Shown here piece by piece: positions 27,241 to 35,792 of a stretch of 36,750 nucleotides of DNA. Numbering within the stretch: position 1 is the stretch's first letter; every line of letters starts with the position of its first letter. Location: NCBI GenBank assembly GCA_041497675.1, contig JBGQGY010000022.1, positions 1 through 36,750 of the forward strand, written 5' to 3'. The position numbers and the translations under genes are program-made. Under the pieces are notes generated by a model that was given only the letters and a program-made list of their open reading frames with translations, did not search any database and was not told where the DNA came from. Origin of the DNA: a bacterium. GTDB lineage: Bacteria > Sysuimicrobiota > Sysuimicrobiia > Sysuimicrobiales > Humicultoraceae.

Positions 27241-28394
27241 TACGCCGCCGTCTGCGCGACGGCTTCCAACACGGTCTCGGCAACCTCGTCAACATGCTCG
27301 GGGAGCAATCCCGCGTACATCGGCAGCGCGAGCAGCCGGTCGGCCGCGTGTTCGGCTACCGGACACGTCCCCGGTCCCAAGCCCAGGTGATGATAGACGG
27401 GCTGTAGATGCACCGGCGGGATGTACCGCAGCGCGGTGGCGATGCCCCGATCGGTCAGGACGCGCCGGACATGGTTGCGGCCGGGCACGAGCACCACGTA
27501 CTCGCGCCACGCGTGGGTGCACCCCGGTCTGACAACGGGCGCCCTGACCGGCGTGCCCTGAAAATGTCGCGCGTACCGCTCCGCCACCGCCTGCCGCTCC
27601 GCCTGCCACGCCGCGACTTGCGGCAGCTTGAGACGCACGATCGCGGCCTGCAAATCGCTCATGTACACGAAGTGGCCTTCCCGAAGGTTCTGCTGTCCCT
27701 GCTGGCGCAGCCGTTGTTCAGGCGGAGCCTCCGAGAGTTCGGGGTCCTGACCGACGCCGCGCAAGAGCAGCGCTTCACGCGCGACCACGGGGTCTCGTGT
27801 CACCAGCATGCCCCCGTCGCCGCCCCCGCCGATCACTTTGCCGATGCCGAAGCTGAAACACCCCACAGACCCGATCAGCCCGGTGTGCCGGCCGTTGTGC
27901 GTAGCGCCGAGCGAGAGGCAGGCATCCTCGATGACGGCCAACCTGTGACGTGCGGCGATGTCCATGATCGAGGTCATGTCTGCCGGGTGACCGTACATGT
28001 GAACGGGGAAGATCGCGCGGGTCCGTGGTGTCATGTGCTGTTCTAACAGGTTGGGGTCAAGGTTCATCGTGTCGGGTTCGATGTCGCACAGGACGAAGCG
28101 GGCGCCGGTCCGTGTGACCGACGCGGTCGTCATCAAATCCGAGTTGGGGACCGTGATGACCTCATCGCCGGGTCCGATGCCCAATGCCTTCAACGCGAGC
28201 AGCATCGCCGCCGTGCCCGACTGCACGGCGACCGCGTGACAGCCGCCGAGCATGTCGCTCACGTCCTGTTCCAACAGTGGGCTTTGGAACCGGCCCGGGG
28301 TCACCTGTCCAAGCAGGATCTCGCGCAGCGCGGCCTCGATCTGCGGGAAGAGGCGGCGGTTCTGGATGCTGTCGTCGGAGACCGGGATGCGCAC
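27240..28394 (-). CDS. DegT/DnrJ/EryC1/StrS sugar aminotransferase (copy 2, divergent)
   Basis: SGTAA, GDEVIT, FPVHMYG, IEDAC, FSFGIGKVIG, GDGG, YIPPVHLQP, LALPMY. Confidence 0.88.
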   Translation of the reverse strand: MRIPVSDDSIQNRRLFPQIEAALREILLGQVTPGRFQSPLLEQDVSDMLGGCHAVAVQSGTAAMLLALKALGIGPGDEVITVPNSDLMTTASVTRTGARFVLCDIEPDTMNLDPNLLEQHMTPRTRAIFPVHMYGHPADMTSIMDIAARHRLAVIEDACLSLGATHNGRHTGLIGSVGCFSFGIGKVIGGGGDGGMLVTRDPVVAREALLLRGVGQDPELSEAPPEQRLRQQGQQNLREGHFVYMSDLQAAIVRLKLPQVAAWQAERQAVAERYARHFQGTPVRAPVVRPGCTHAWREYVVLVPGRNHVRRVLTDRGIATALRYIPPVHLQPVYHHLGLGPGTCPVAEHAADRLLALPMYAGLLPEHVDEVAETVLEAVAQTAA

Positions 28395-28420
28395 GGCTGG
28401 GATTCCGCGGGCGGAGGGGA

Positions 28421-28449
28421 GGGGCGCCGCGGCGAGGCCGCGGCGCCCC
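28421..28449 (-). terminator. Perfect 13-bp GC hairpin downstream of SBP gene (stabiliser or attenuator)
   Basis: ggggcgccgcggc-gag-gccgcggcgcccc; possibly extendable via gagggg (28414-28419)/cccctc (28457-28462); no poly-U. Confidence 0.6.
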
Positions 28450-28469
28450 GTCTCAACCCCTCAGGCGCG

Positions 28470-30107
28470 CTAGCGCTTTTCCTTCCAGGCGTACTTGACC
28501 GGCCACATGTTGTACGCAGGGTCCAGATAGACGCCCTGGACGGAGTCTTTCATCGGTGCCTGCATCTGGATGTCGAAGAGCAAGATCCCCGGCGCGTCGC
28601 GGACAACCTGCTTGATGATTTGCGAGTAGTAGATCGAGTTGCGCCCGGACAGGTTACGGACGCGCAGCGAGTCCTCGATCAGGCGGTCCACCTGCGGGTT
28701 GGAGTAGTGCGAGTAGTTGAACCCGTTCGGCGGGAAGTCGACGCTGCGGTAGAAACCGAGCATGACATACTCGGCGTCGGCGGTAAACGTGTTGTTGCCC
28801 AGGTTGAGCATGTCATATTCGACGGCCACGCCGCCCGGCGCGTTCAGCCGGGCGAGCAGCGTCGCGCTGTCGGCCACGACGAGGTTGGCGTCGACGCCGA
28901 CGGCTCGCAGCATGCCCTGAACCAGTTCGGCGACCTCAAAGTCGCCGGGGGCGCCGCCTTTGCGCGTCACATAGGTGATCCGCAGCGGCTGGCCGTCGCG
29001 CTGGCGGATCCCACCCGCGCCCACGCGCCACCCGGCTTCTTCCAGCAGAGCCCGTGCCTTGTCCGGGTTGTACGGGTAGCCTTCCGTCGGCGTGAAGCCG
29101 GTCACCTGCGGGCCAAACAGCCACACCGTCGCCGTCTTCCCATTGCCCAACAGGACCGTGCGGATGATGCCCTCTTTGTCGACCGCGTAGTTGAGCGCCT
29201 GCCGGACGCGGACGTCGCTGACCAGGGGCCGGCGCGTGTTGATGTAGATGCAATACTGTCGCGAACCCACGCGTTCCAGCACCTTGAAGCCGGACCTCGT
29301 CTTGAACCGCTGGGCGTCGGGGAACGAAACCTCGCGGGCGATGTCGACGTCGCCCGCCTCCAGCATCGTGGCCCGCGTGTTGATGTCATCGGCCACGCGG
29401 TAGACGATCTCATCGAGGTATGGCAGCCCCTTCTGCCAGTAGTTGGGATTCCGCCGCAGCCGCAGTATTTGGTTCGGACGGAACTCCGCGACCGTGAAGG
29501 GGCCTGTCCCGGACGCCTGCAGCCGGATGCCGTCCTCGCCGACCTGTTGGACGAACCGGGGACTGTACATCGCGTTGTTCCCCATCGTCAGGATCGCATT
29601 CAGGTTGGGCGCCGTCCGGCTCAGGCTCACCCGGACCGTCAGATCGTCTACCACGTCGATAGATTTGAACGGCAGCAACCCGTACTGGATCTGCCGTCGG
29701 GAGATGCGGCGATCAAAGTTCCACTTCACGACCTCGGCGTTGAACGGCGAGCCGTCGTGGAACTTGATGTTGGGCTTGAGCTTCCAGGTGACGGTCAGGC
29801 CGTCGGACGAGACCTGCTCAGACTCCACCAGGAGCGGTTGGACCTTCCCGGTGCTGTCGCGCTCGAAGAGGCGTTCGTAAAAGTTGCCGATGGCCTCGAC
29901 GATCAGCGTTTGAGACACCGAGTTCGTGTCGAGATGGGGGAGGCCGGACGGGTACGACAGGGTCAGCGTCCCGCCGCGGATGGGCTCACGGGCCGGGGCC
30001 GGTGCGGCCGTTCCTGAGCCAAGGCCCACGAGCACAAGGATGCCGACGAGGCCGAGCGCCGCGAGAACACGCGAGACATGCAGACGTCCGTTCAACATAC
30101 GGGTCAC
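28470..30107 (-). CDS. ABC transporter substrate-binding protein, family 5
   Basis: Signal/anchor helix, RGGTL, WKLKPNIKFHDGSPFNAE, SGTGPF, LPYLDEI, DVRVRQALNYAVD, ARALLEEAGW, NYSHYSNP; SD aaggag. Confidence 0.95.
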   Translation of the reverse strand: MTRMLNGRLHVSRVLAALGLVGILVLVGLGSGTAAPAPAREPIRGGTLTLSYPSGLPHLDTNSVSQTLIVEAIGNFYERLFERDSTGKVQPLLVESEQVSSDGLTVTWKLKPNIKFHDGSPFNAEVVKWNFDRRISRRQIQYGLLPFKSIDVVDDLTVRVSLSRTAPNLNAILTMGNNAMYSPRFVQQVGEDGIRLQASGTGPFTVAEFRPNQILRLRRNPNYWQKGLPYLDEIVYRVADDINTRATMLEAGDVDIAREVSFPDAQRFKTRSGFKVLERVGSRQYCIYINTRRPLVSDVRVRQALNYAVDKEGIIRTVLLGNGKTATVWLFGPQVTGFTPTEGYPYNPDKARALLEEAGWRVGAGGIRQRDGQPLRITYVTRKGGAPGDFEVAELVQGMLRAVGVDANLVVADSATLLARLNAPGGVAVEYDMLNLGNNTFTADAEYVMLGFYRSVDFPPNGFNYSHYSNPQVDRLIEDSLRVRNLSGRNSIYYSQIIKQVVRDAPGILLFDIQMQAPMKDSVQGVYLDPAYNMWPVKYAWKEKR

Positions 30108-30139
30108 GCTCCTTTGGTGGTCAAAGTGCCTCTACGCTG

Positions 30140-31294
30140 TCAACTGCCGAGCTTCCTGTATGGTTTCCCCAACGGTGACAGCACGCGGCCGCCGTTGCGG
30201 GTGACATGGTAGTTGTCCGAGATCAAGAACGCGAGATCGCCCTTCAGCCACGTCGACGGATGGAAGGAGAGGACCATGTTCTCCTTCATCAGTTCGTCGG
30301 GTGGGGGCGGGGTGATGCCGTCGGCCTCGTCGGTGCCGATCGTATGACAGTTCGGTGTGTGATGGCCGATGACATCGTAGCCGGCGTCCATGAACACCTT
30401 ATCGGCGGTCTCGGCGATGAGGCCGTAGCGGTTCCCGGGTCTGGCGACGGCCGCGGCGGCTCGGACCGCCTGCCACGATGTCTCGAACCGCTTGGCCGCC
30501 GGATCGGGCAACGGGCCAAACGAGTACAGACAGGTGATCTCGTGCCAGTAACCCAGGGGGCCCGTGTAGACGAGTTCGAAGAGGATGACGTCGTCTCGCT
30601 TCAGCGGGCGATCCAACAGCGGGGGGATCGTGTAGGGGCGCTGGTCCAGCGAGTACTTCGATCGTCCCCAGAAGCATCCGCGTGCTTTTGCGTACCGCTC
30701 GGACTCCGCGGCGGCCTCCCACGCGGGCATCCCGGGTTTGGCGATCTCGCCGAACCGCTCGAGGGCGCCGGCGAGAATCGCCCCGGTCTCCTCCATGGCC
30801 TTGATCTCAAACGGCGACTTGATCTGGCGGACCGCGTTGACCTCGGCGTTGAGTTCTTGGAACGTGACACCGGGCAGGCCTTGCGAGAGCACGGCGTGCT
30901 CGCTCAGCGAGAGCACCGACAACATGTTCAAGGTGCCGATCTTCTGGCCCGGCTTGACCACCTTCTTGAGTTCATCGATCACCCGCGCTGTCGGCGGCTT
31001 ATTCTCGAGAATCGTGCTGACGACAGACGGCGTGGTCGCGATCTGCTTGGCCCACGCGGCGCCGTAGTTGGAGAACATGATGACCAAGGGATCGGGGTCC
31101 TGCAGCGTGACGATGAAGAACGCCCGCCCCGCCCACAGCTCGACGTTGGTGAAATAGCGGAGGAACCCGGTCTGCCCTGGCGCACCGCCCGCAATACCCA
31201 GTACCGCGGGCACGTTGTTGGCGGCCATGATCTTCTTGAGTTCGGCTATCCTGCGCTGCACATCGGCGCGGTGCTCGGGCGTTGGTGTCAGCAT
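30140..31294 (-). CDS. M24 (pita-bread fold) family hydrolase, Xaa-Pro peptidase/creatinase/ectoine hydrolase-like, atypical metal ligands
   Basis: Creatinase-N-like LRYFTN, RQIKSPFEI, RPLKRDD, GYWHEIT, HTIGTD, MKENMVLSFHP, ISDNYHVT..G...LS. Confidence 0.82.
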   Translation of the reverse strand: MLTPTPEHRADVQRRIAELKKIMAANNVPAVLGIAGGAPGQTGFLRYFTNVELWAGRAFFIVTLQDPDPLVIMFSNYGAAWAKQIATTPSVVSTILENKPPTARVIDELKKVVKPGQKIGTLNMLSVLSLSEHAVLSQGLPGVTFQELNAEVNAVRQIKSPFEIKAMEETGAILAGALERFGEIAKPGMPAWEAAAESERYAKARGCFWGRSKYSLDQRPYTIPPLLDRPLKRDDVILFELVYTGPLGYWHEITCLYSFGPLPDPAAKRFETSWQAVRAAAAVARPGNRYGLIAETADKVFMDAGYDVIGHHTPNCHTIGTDEADGITPPPPDELMKENMVLSFHPSTWLKGDLAFLISDNYHVTRNGGRVLSPLGKPYRKLGS

Positions 31295-31338
31295 CGGTGC
31301 GGCCCCCCTTTCGTGTCAACGTGCGGTCGTGCGCGCGG

Positions 31339-32415
31339 CTACAGCGGGAACGGTACGCTGAGATCCGCCGCGATCGGACGGAGTTTTTCGACGGTCTCGG
31401 CGTCGACGGGGATACCGTTCTTGAGCCGGTCCTGCATCCGGCGCTGCTCGGCTTCGCCGGGCAGCAGGATCTCTTCGCCGGGGGTAATCGGTGACGCCGA
31501 CTTCACCTCGCGGATGAGCTGTTCGAGGCGATCGAAGAACTGTTGTCTGGGCATGAACGCCTCGACATTCACGGCGGTCATCACGTGCGCCACGTCGAAG
31601 TGGCTGTCGTCTTGAAACACCGACATCCCGAACTGCGCGCCCATCATGACGCCGGTCATGACGTCGGTCATGAAGCTCAACCCGTATCCCTTCGCGCGGC
31701 CGATCGGGAGTTGCGTGCTGCCGTTGAGCAGCTCGGCGGGATTCGTCGTGCGGCGGCCGTCCGCGGTCAGCGCCAGGTCGTCGGGCACCGTGCGCCCCTC
31801 ACGATGCGCCCACGCAATCATGCCGATCCCCGACATCGTGAGCGCCATGTCCAGGATGATCGGGTACGCGTTTCGGCGTGGCACCGCCCAGCCCCAGGGG
31901 TTCGTGCCCAGCACCGCGTTCTTCGCTCCCCACGGCGCCATTTCCGCTTTCGCGTTGGTCATGGCCAGGCCGATGAAGCCGGATTCCGCGGCGGTCTTCG
32001 CGTGATAGCCGGCGATCCCAAAATGGTTGCTGTTGCGCACACCCACTATGCCGATCCCCGACTTACCCGCCAATTCGATCGCCTTGCGCATCGCGGTGTT
32101 GCCGGCATGATACCCGAAGGCCCTGTTGGCCTCGAGCAGCGCATACGCCGGGCCTTCCCTGACCCACGTGAGTTTCGCGCGCGGGACGTACCCGCCGTTC
32201 TTGACGCGCCGGTGGTAGCGAAAGAACTTCTCCAGACCTTGTCCCTGCCCGGGGTGCCACCAGAGGCTCGCCGTCGTGATGCCGTCGCTGACGACGTCGG
32301 CCTCTTCGGGGCTCCCGCCGAGGCCGAGGATGAGATCGCGCGCGAACGTCCGCACGACCGGCTCCGGGTACCGCTTGACCAGCGACTCTTTCAGTGGTAC
32401 GTGGATCTCTTTCAT
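31339..32415 (-). CDS. Ldh_2 family (malate/L-lactate/ureidoglycolate/DpkA-type) NAD(P)H oxidoreductase
   Basis: VRNSNHFGIAGY, MAPWGA, LGTNP, ILDMA, KGYGL, LLPGE; SD gaggagg. Confidence 0.9.
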   Translation of the reverse strand: MKEIHVPLKESLVKRYPEPVVRTFARDLILGLGGSPEEADVVSDGITTASLWWHPGQGQGLEKFFRYHRRVKNGGYVPRAKLTWVREGPAYALLEANRAFGYHAGNTAMRKAIELAGKSGIGIVGVRNSNHFGIAGYHAKTAAESGFIGLAMTNAKAEMAPWGAKNAVLGTNPWGWAVPRRNAYPIILDMALTMSGIGMIAWAHREGRTVPDDLALTADGRRTTNPAELLNGSTQLPIGRAKGYGLSFMTDVMTGVMMGAQFGMSVFQDDSHFDVAHVMTAVNVEAFMPRQQFFDRLEQLIREVKSASPITPGEEILLPGEAEQRRMQDRLKNGIPVDAETVEKLRPIAADLSVPFPL

Positions 32416-32425
32416 CGTGTCCTCC

Positions 32426-33610
32426 TCATGCCAGCCTGGGGATCGCGTCCGCGATCCGGCGTACGGCCTCGGCGATCAGGTGCTCGGGCTGCAGAAAGGT
32501 CATGCGGATGAAGCCGCCCCACGCCTCGCCGTACCCGACGCCGGGGAAGACGAGCACGTGGGTCTCTTCAAGGATGCGGCGCGCAAACTCGACAGACGAG
32601 AGACCCGTCGGCCGGATATCTACCAGGATGAACTGCCCGCCCTTTGGCGTGCCGTACGGCAGCCCGATGCGGTCAAGGCCCTCCATGATCAGGCGGCGTC
32701 GCCTGGCGTAGGCGGCGCGCATCTCGTGCAGCGGCTCCTGCGGGCCGGTCAGCGCCGCGATGCCCGCGCAGTGGCTGAGCACGGAGGTCCCACCGCTCAC
32801 CGCTTCTTTGATCCGCCGGACCTGCTGCATGATCTCCGCGGGTCCGGCCACCCAGCCGAGCCGCCAGCCGGTCATCGCGTACGACTTCGACAGCGCATTG
32901 AGCGTCAACGTGCGTGCCCCCATTCCCGGCAGCGAGGCGGGTGAGGTGTGCACGGCACCATCGTAGAGGAAACGGTCATAAATCTCGTCCGACAGGATGA
33001 TCAGGTCATGCTCCTCGGCAATGGCCGCCAGTTCTCGAACATCGCCGGGTGGCAGCACGGCCGCGGTCGGGTTGTTGGGTGAGACCAAGACGAGCGCGCG
33101 CGTCTTCGGCGTGATGGCGGCGCGCACGCGGTCGGGATCCAGGACGAAGTGGTCTTCCACCGACAGGTTCAGCGACACTTTGACCGCGCCGGCAAACGGG
33201 ATCGCGTCCCGATAACTGTTGTACGTCGGTTCGGGTAGGATAATCTCCTCACCCGGTCCGACGGCGGCCTGTACCATCACGAAGAGCGCCTCCTGGCCGC
33301 CCTGCGTGAGGACGATCTCCGTGCGCGGATCGACGTCGATGCCGTTGATGGTTTTCAGACGCGCCGCGATCGCCTCGTGGAGTTGCGCGCGGAGCACCTC
33401 GGGCGACGCGCGGTCGCGCTCGTCCGCTTCAAGCCACTGCTGCACCGCCCGGCGGATGTGTACCGGGGTGTCGAAGTCGGGGTCGCCTCGCCCAAGGGTG
33501 ATCGCATCGGGAAACTGTTTGGCCCGCGCGGTGAGCGAGTACAGAAGCGACGTCCCAGCGCCACCGGCCGAGGCGCCCGCAGAGGGCGCGTTGACGGCTC
33601 CACCGCTCAC
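32426..33610 (-). CDS. Class I/II PLP-dependent aminotransferase (catalytic Lys retained)
   Basis: LGRGDPDFDTP, GGQEAL, PTYNSY, SPNNPT, SDEIY, ALSKSYAMTGWRLG, FIRMTF; GTGA overlap with upstream gene. Confidence 0.92.
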   Translation of the reverse strand: MSGGAVNAPSAGASAGGAGTSLLYSLTARAKQFPDAITLGRGDPDFDTPVHIRRAVQQWLEADERDRASPEVLRAQLHEAIAARLKTINGIDVDPRTEIVLTQGGQEALFVMVQAAVGPGEEIILPEPTYNSYRDAIPFAGAVKVSLNLSVEDHFVLDPDRVRAAITPKTRALVLVSPNNPTAAVLPPGDVRELAAIAEEHDLIILSDEIYDRFLYDGAVHTSPASLPGMGARTLTLNALSKSYAMTGWRLGWVAGPAEIMQQVRRIKEAVSGGTSVLSHCAGIAALTGPQEPLHEMRAAYARRRRLIMEGLDRIGLPYGTPKGGQFILVDIRPTGLSSVEFARRILEETHVLVFPGVGYGEAWGGFIRMTFLQPEHLIAEAVRRIADAIPRLA

Positions 33611-34713
33611 GGTGAGTCACCGCGTCTGGTTTCGCTCGCCGCGAGCGCGCGCATGGCGCCGACGACCTCGCCGGTCGGCGTCACGGTGAAGCGCAGCACT
33701 CCCGGCGCACCGAACGCCTCACCCGGCATTGGTCGTGCCTGCAACTGCGAGAGATCGACGCCGGCGGCCGGCCGAACGGCCAGCACCGCCGCGGCTTCGC
33801 CGGGCAGAACGCGCGAAGGGAGGAGGCCGGCGGCCTCGGCCTTGATCTGCTGCAACAGCACACGCTGATGGTTCAACGCGGCAGGGCCGGCTTGCAGGAC
33901 GCCGAGCACGCCCCACTGCGCCGGCGTCGTCGTGCAGATCGCGATGATCTGTTTGAGGCTGAGGGCCCGTTGAAAGAGCGCCGGCGGGCCGGCGAGATAC
34001 GCGGCGAGCCAGCCTTCCACACCCGCACCCGACCACAGCGTCCCCAGCGTGATCGTGCGCTCAGCCATGCCCGGAAGCGCGCCGATCAGCTCATACGGCG
34101 TGCCGTCCCGCACCCAAGGCGCCAGCGTCGCATCCCAGACGACCACCGCATCGGTCTGGATGACGGCGTTGGCGATGGCCTCGACCTGCGGCCGGTCGAT
34201 GAGTTTGCCGGTGAGCCGGTTTGGCGATTCAAGGTACAGGGCCGTCTTGCCCGGCGCCACCGCGCGCGTGATGTCATCGATCACCGGCGTCATCGCGAGC
34301 GGATCGAGCGTGAGCCGATCCGCCATCATCTGACCCAACGACGCGGCCTTGCGCGCGCCCGGGTGCACGATGGACGGGAGGACGACCCGATAACCCGCGT
34401 GCGCGAGTGCGTGCATCGCCAGGAAGCGCGCCTCTTGCTCACCCGACGCAATGATCAGACCCGCTTCGGCGTCCACGGGCAGGCCCTGCAACGCGAGGAC
34501 GCCTGCGACCGCTTCAAGCAGCGGCGCGATGCCCGGCACGTCGGCATAGTGCGTCTCGCCGGCCTCAAGCGCGGCCGACGCGGCTTTGCGAGCGACGGGT
34601 GCGAGGTCGAAGACCGGGTGATCGCCCGAGAGGTCCTGGCCCGACGCCAGCGGCTCTGGCATCTCTAATTGCAGCGCCTGGTTCCGCTGCAGCCTGCCGA
34701 CCGCCTGCGACAT
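33607..34713 (-). CDS. Class I aminotransferase-fold protein lacking the PLP lysine (pseudo-enzyme subunit)
   Basis: GETHYADVPGIAPL, SGEQEARF, ESPNRLTG, WDATL, ERTITLGTLWSGAGVEGW (no K, no R), PGEAFGAPGVLRFT; intact ORF; start ATG 34713 or GTG 34731. Confidence 0.8.
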   Translation of the reverse strand: MSQAVGRLQRNQALQLEMPEPLASGQDLSGDHPVFDLAPVARKAASAALEAGETHYADVPGIAPLLEAVAGVLALQGLPVDAEAGLIIASGEQEARFLAMHALAHAGYRVVLPSIVHPGARKAASLGQMMADRLTLDPLAMTPVIDDITRAVAPGKTALYLESPNRLTGKLIDRPQVEAIANAVIQTDAVVVWDATLAPWVRDGTPYELIGALPGMAERTITLGTLWSGAGVEGWLAAYLAGPPALFQRALSLKQIIAICTTTPAQWGVLGVLQAGPAALNHQRVLLQQIKAEAAGLLPSRVLPGEAAAVLAVRPAAGVDLSQLQARPMPGEAFGAPGVLRFTVTPTGEVVGAMRALAASETRRGDSP

Positions 34714-34748
34714 CCGCGCTGATCCTGACACGGCGTGCGCTCGGGTTG

Positions 34749-35738
34749 CTAGCCCCCGATCTCCTCCTCGATCACGCCGTAGAAGATGCACCAGTCACCG
34801 AGCTGCACGCTCGGGTTCGTCCGCATCCCAAACGGGATGCCGTCGCACGGCGCGCGGACTTCCGCCGCGAGATCGCCGTCGAGGGTGTAGATACGGGCCA
34901 TGATCGTGCCCTCGCGGATGCGCTCGCGCAACACTTCGGGCACGGGCACCCAGAACCCCGACGTCGGCGCCAGCACCACCGTCTTCTGCTGGCCGACCAT
35001 CCATCGCCGAGCGTATTGCGGCGTGCCGTCCACCATCTTGTAGTGGCGCATGATGTTGAGCAGGGCGCGCGCCAGCGCGTTGCCATTGTCACGGAAGCGC
35101 GCGGGGAAGGTGTCGCACAGCCCGCCGAGCTCCACCGTGATCGCGGGTTTCCCCTTTTGCTTCATCGCCGCCATCGGGCTGCCGCGGTCGCTGAACGACT
35201 TGAGTAAGAGGTCCCACTCGGGCCCCATCGCCTTCGCCAGTTCGAGACCTTCGGGGGTGGGATTGTAGAATTGCGCGTAGGCGAGGTAGGAGTGCGCGCC
35301 ACCGGAATGGATCGAGACTTCCATGTCCGCGTGCTCGATCATCGTGACATGATGCGCGTGCGCGATCCGCTCGGTGAGGTGGCCGTCGGGGCGGCCGGGG
35401 TAGATGCGATTCAAGTCATACGTGAAGAGGTCGGTGGGATTCCCGCGTTGAGAGTGCTCGAACGCTCCCACGTTCACGACCGGAACGGCTACGAGGGCGC
35501 CGCGCATCGAGCGTGGGTCGAGTTGCGACAACAGGGTGAAGAGGGCCATCGGCCCTTCGGGTTCGTCGCCGTGGATCGCCCCGTTGACCCACAGCACCGG
35601 ACCATCGTCTGCGCCGTTGAGCACGATTAGGGGGATTTCGATCGGGCCGCCGCCGGTCCGCTGCCCCACGGGAATGACGCCCTTCGACTTGCCGGCGCGA
35701 GGTGCGCGCGCCGTTCCAACGGCAAGTTCCTTTTTCAA
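34749..35738 (-). CDS. M14 succinylglutamate desuccinylase/aspartoacylase family deacylase (DoeB-like fold)
   Basis: IHGDEPEG (HxxE), VPVVN, DLNRIYPGRPDG..TER, SIHSGG, ITVELGG, C-terminal APTSG...APCDG hybrid motif; TTG start. Confidence 0.9.
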   Translation of the reverse strand: MKKELAVGTARAPRAGKSKGVIPVGQRTGGGPIEIPLIVLNGADDGPVLWVNGAIHGDEPEGPMALFTLLSQLDPRSMRGALVAVPVVNVGAFEHSQRGNPTDLFTYDLNRIYPGRPDGHLTERIAHAHHVTMIEHADMEVSIHSGGAHSYLAYAQFYNPTPEGLELAKAMGPEWDLLLKSFSDRGSPMAAMKQKGKPAITVELGGLCDTFPARFRDNGNALARALLNIMRHYKMVDGTPQYARRWMVGQQKTVVLAPTSGFWVPVPEVLRERIREGTIMARIYTLDGDLAAEVRAPCDGIPFGMRTNPSVQLGDWCIFYGVIEEEIGG

Positions 35739-35786
35739 ACGAAGTCACCCCCGGATGCAATGACCGGCGCGGTCGAGACTGAGCGG

Positions 35787-35792
35787 TATACT
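35787..35792 (+). promoter_or_regulatory. Candidate -10 box in divergent intergenic region
   Basis: TATACT, overlapping the palindrome gtatac (35786-35791), so it also reads TATACC on the minus strand; no clear -35. Confidence 0.35.

Noticed and set aside
22306..28394. O-antigen/LPS amino-sugar biosynthesis locus
   Set aside because: No glycosyltransferases, nucleotidyltransferases, acetyltransferases or flippase; the context is an importer plus hydrolases.
28236..30017. 593-aa + strand ORF and other long antisense ORFs (2983-4113, 6117-7304, 9719-10897, 30206-31615, 35735-36718)
   Set aside because: Antisense shadows of well-supported genes, expected in high-GC DNA; no recognisable motifs.
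30140..35738. Canonical ectoine degradation (doeABCD/eut) cluster
   Set aside because: No class III DoeD aminotransferase, aldehyde dehydrogenase DoeC, EutBC or Ehu/TRAP transporter; only fold-level analogy.
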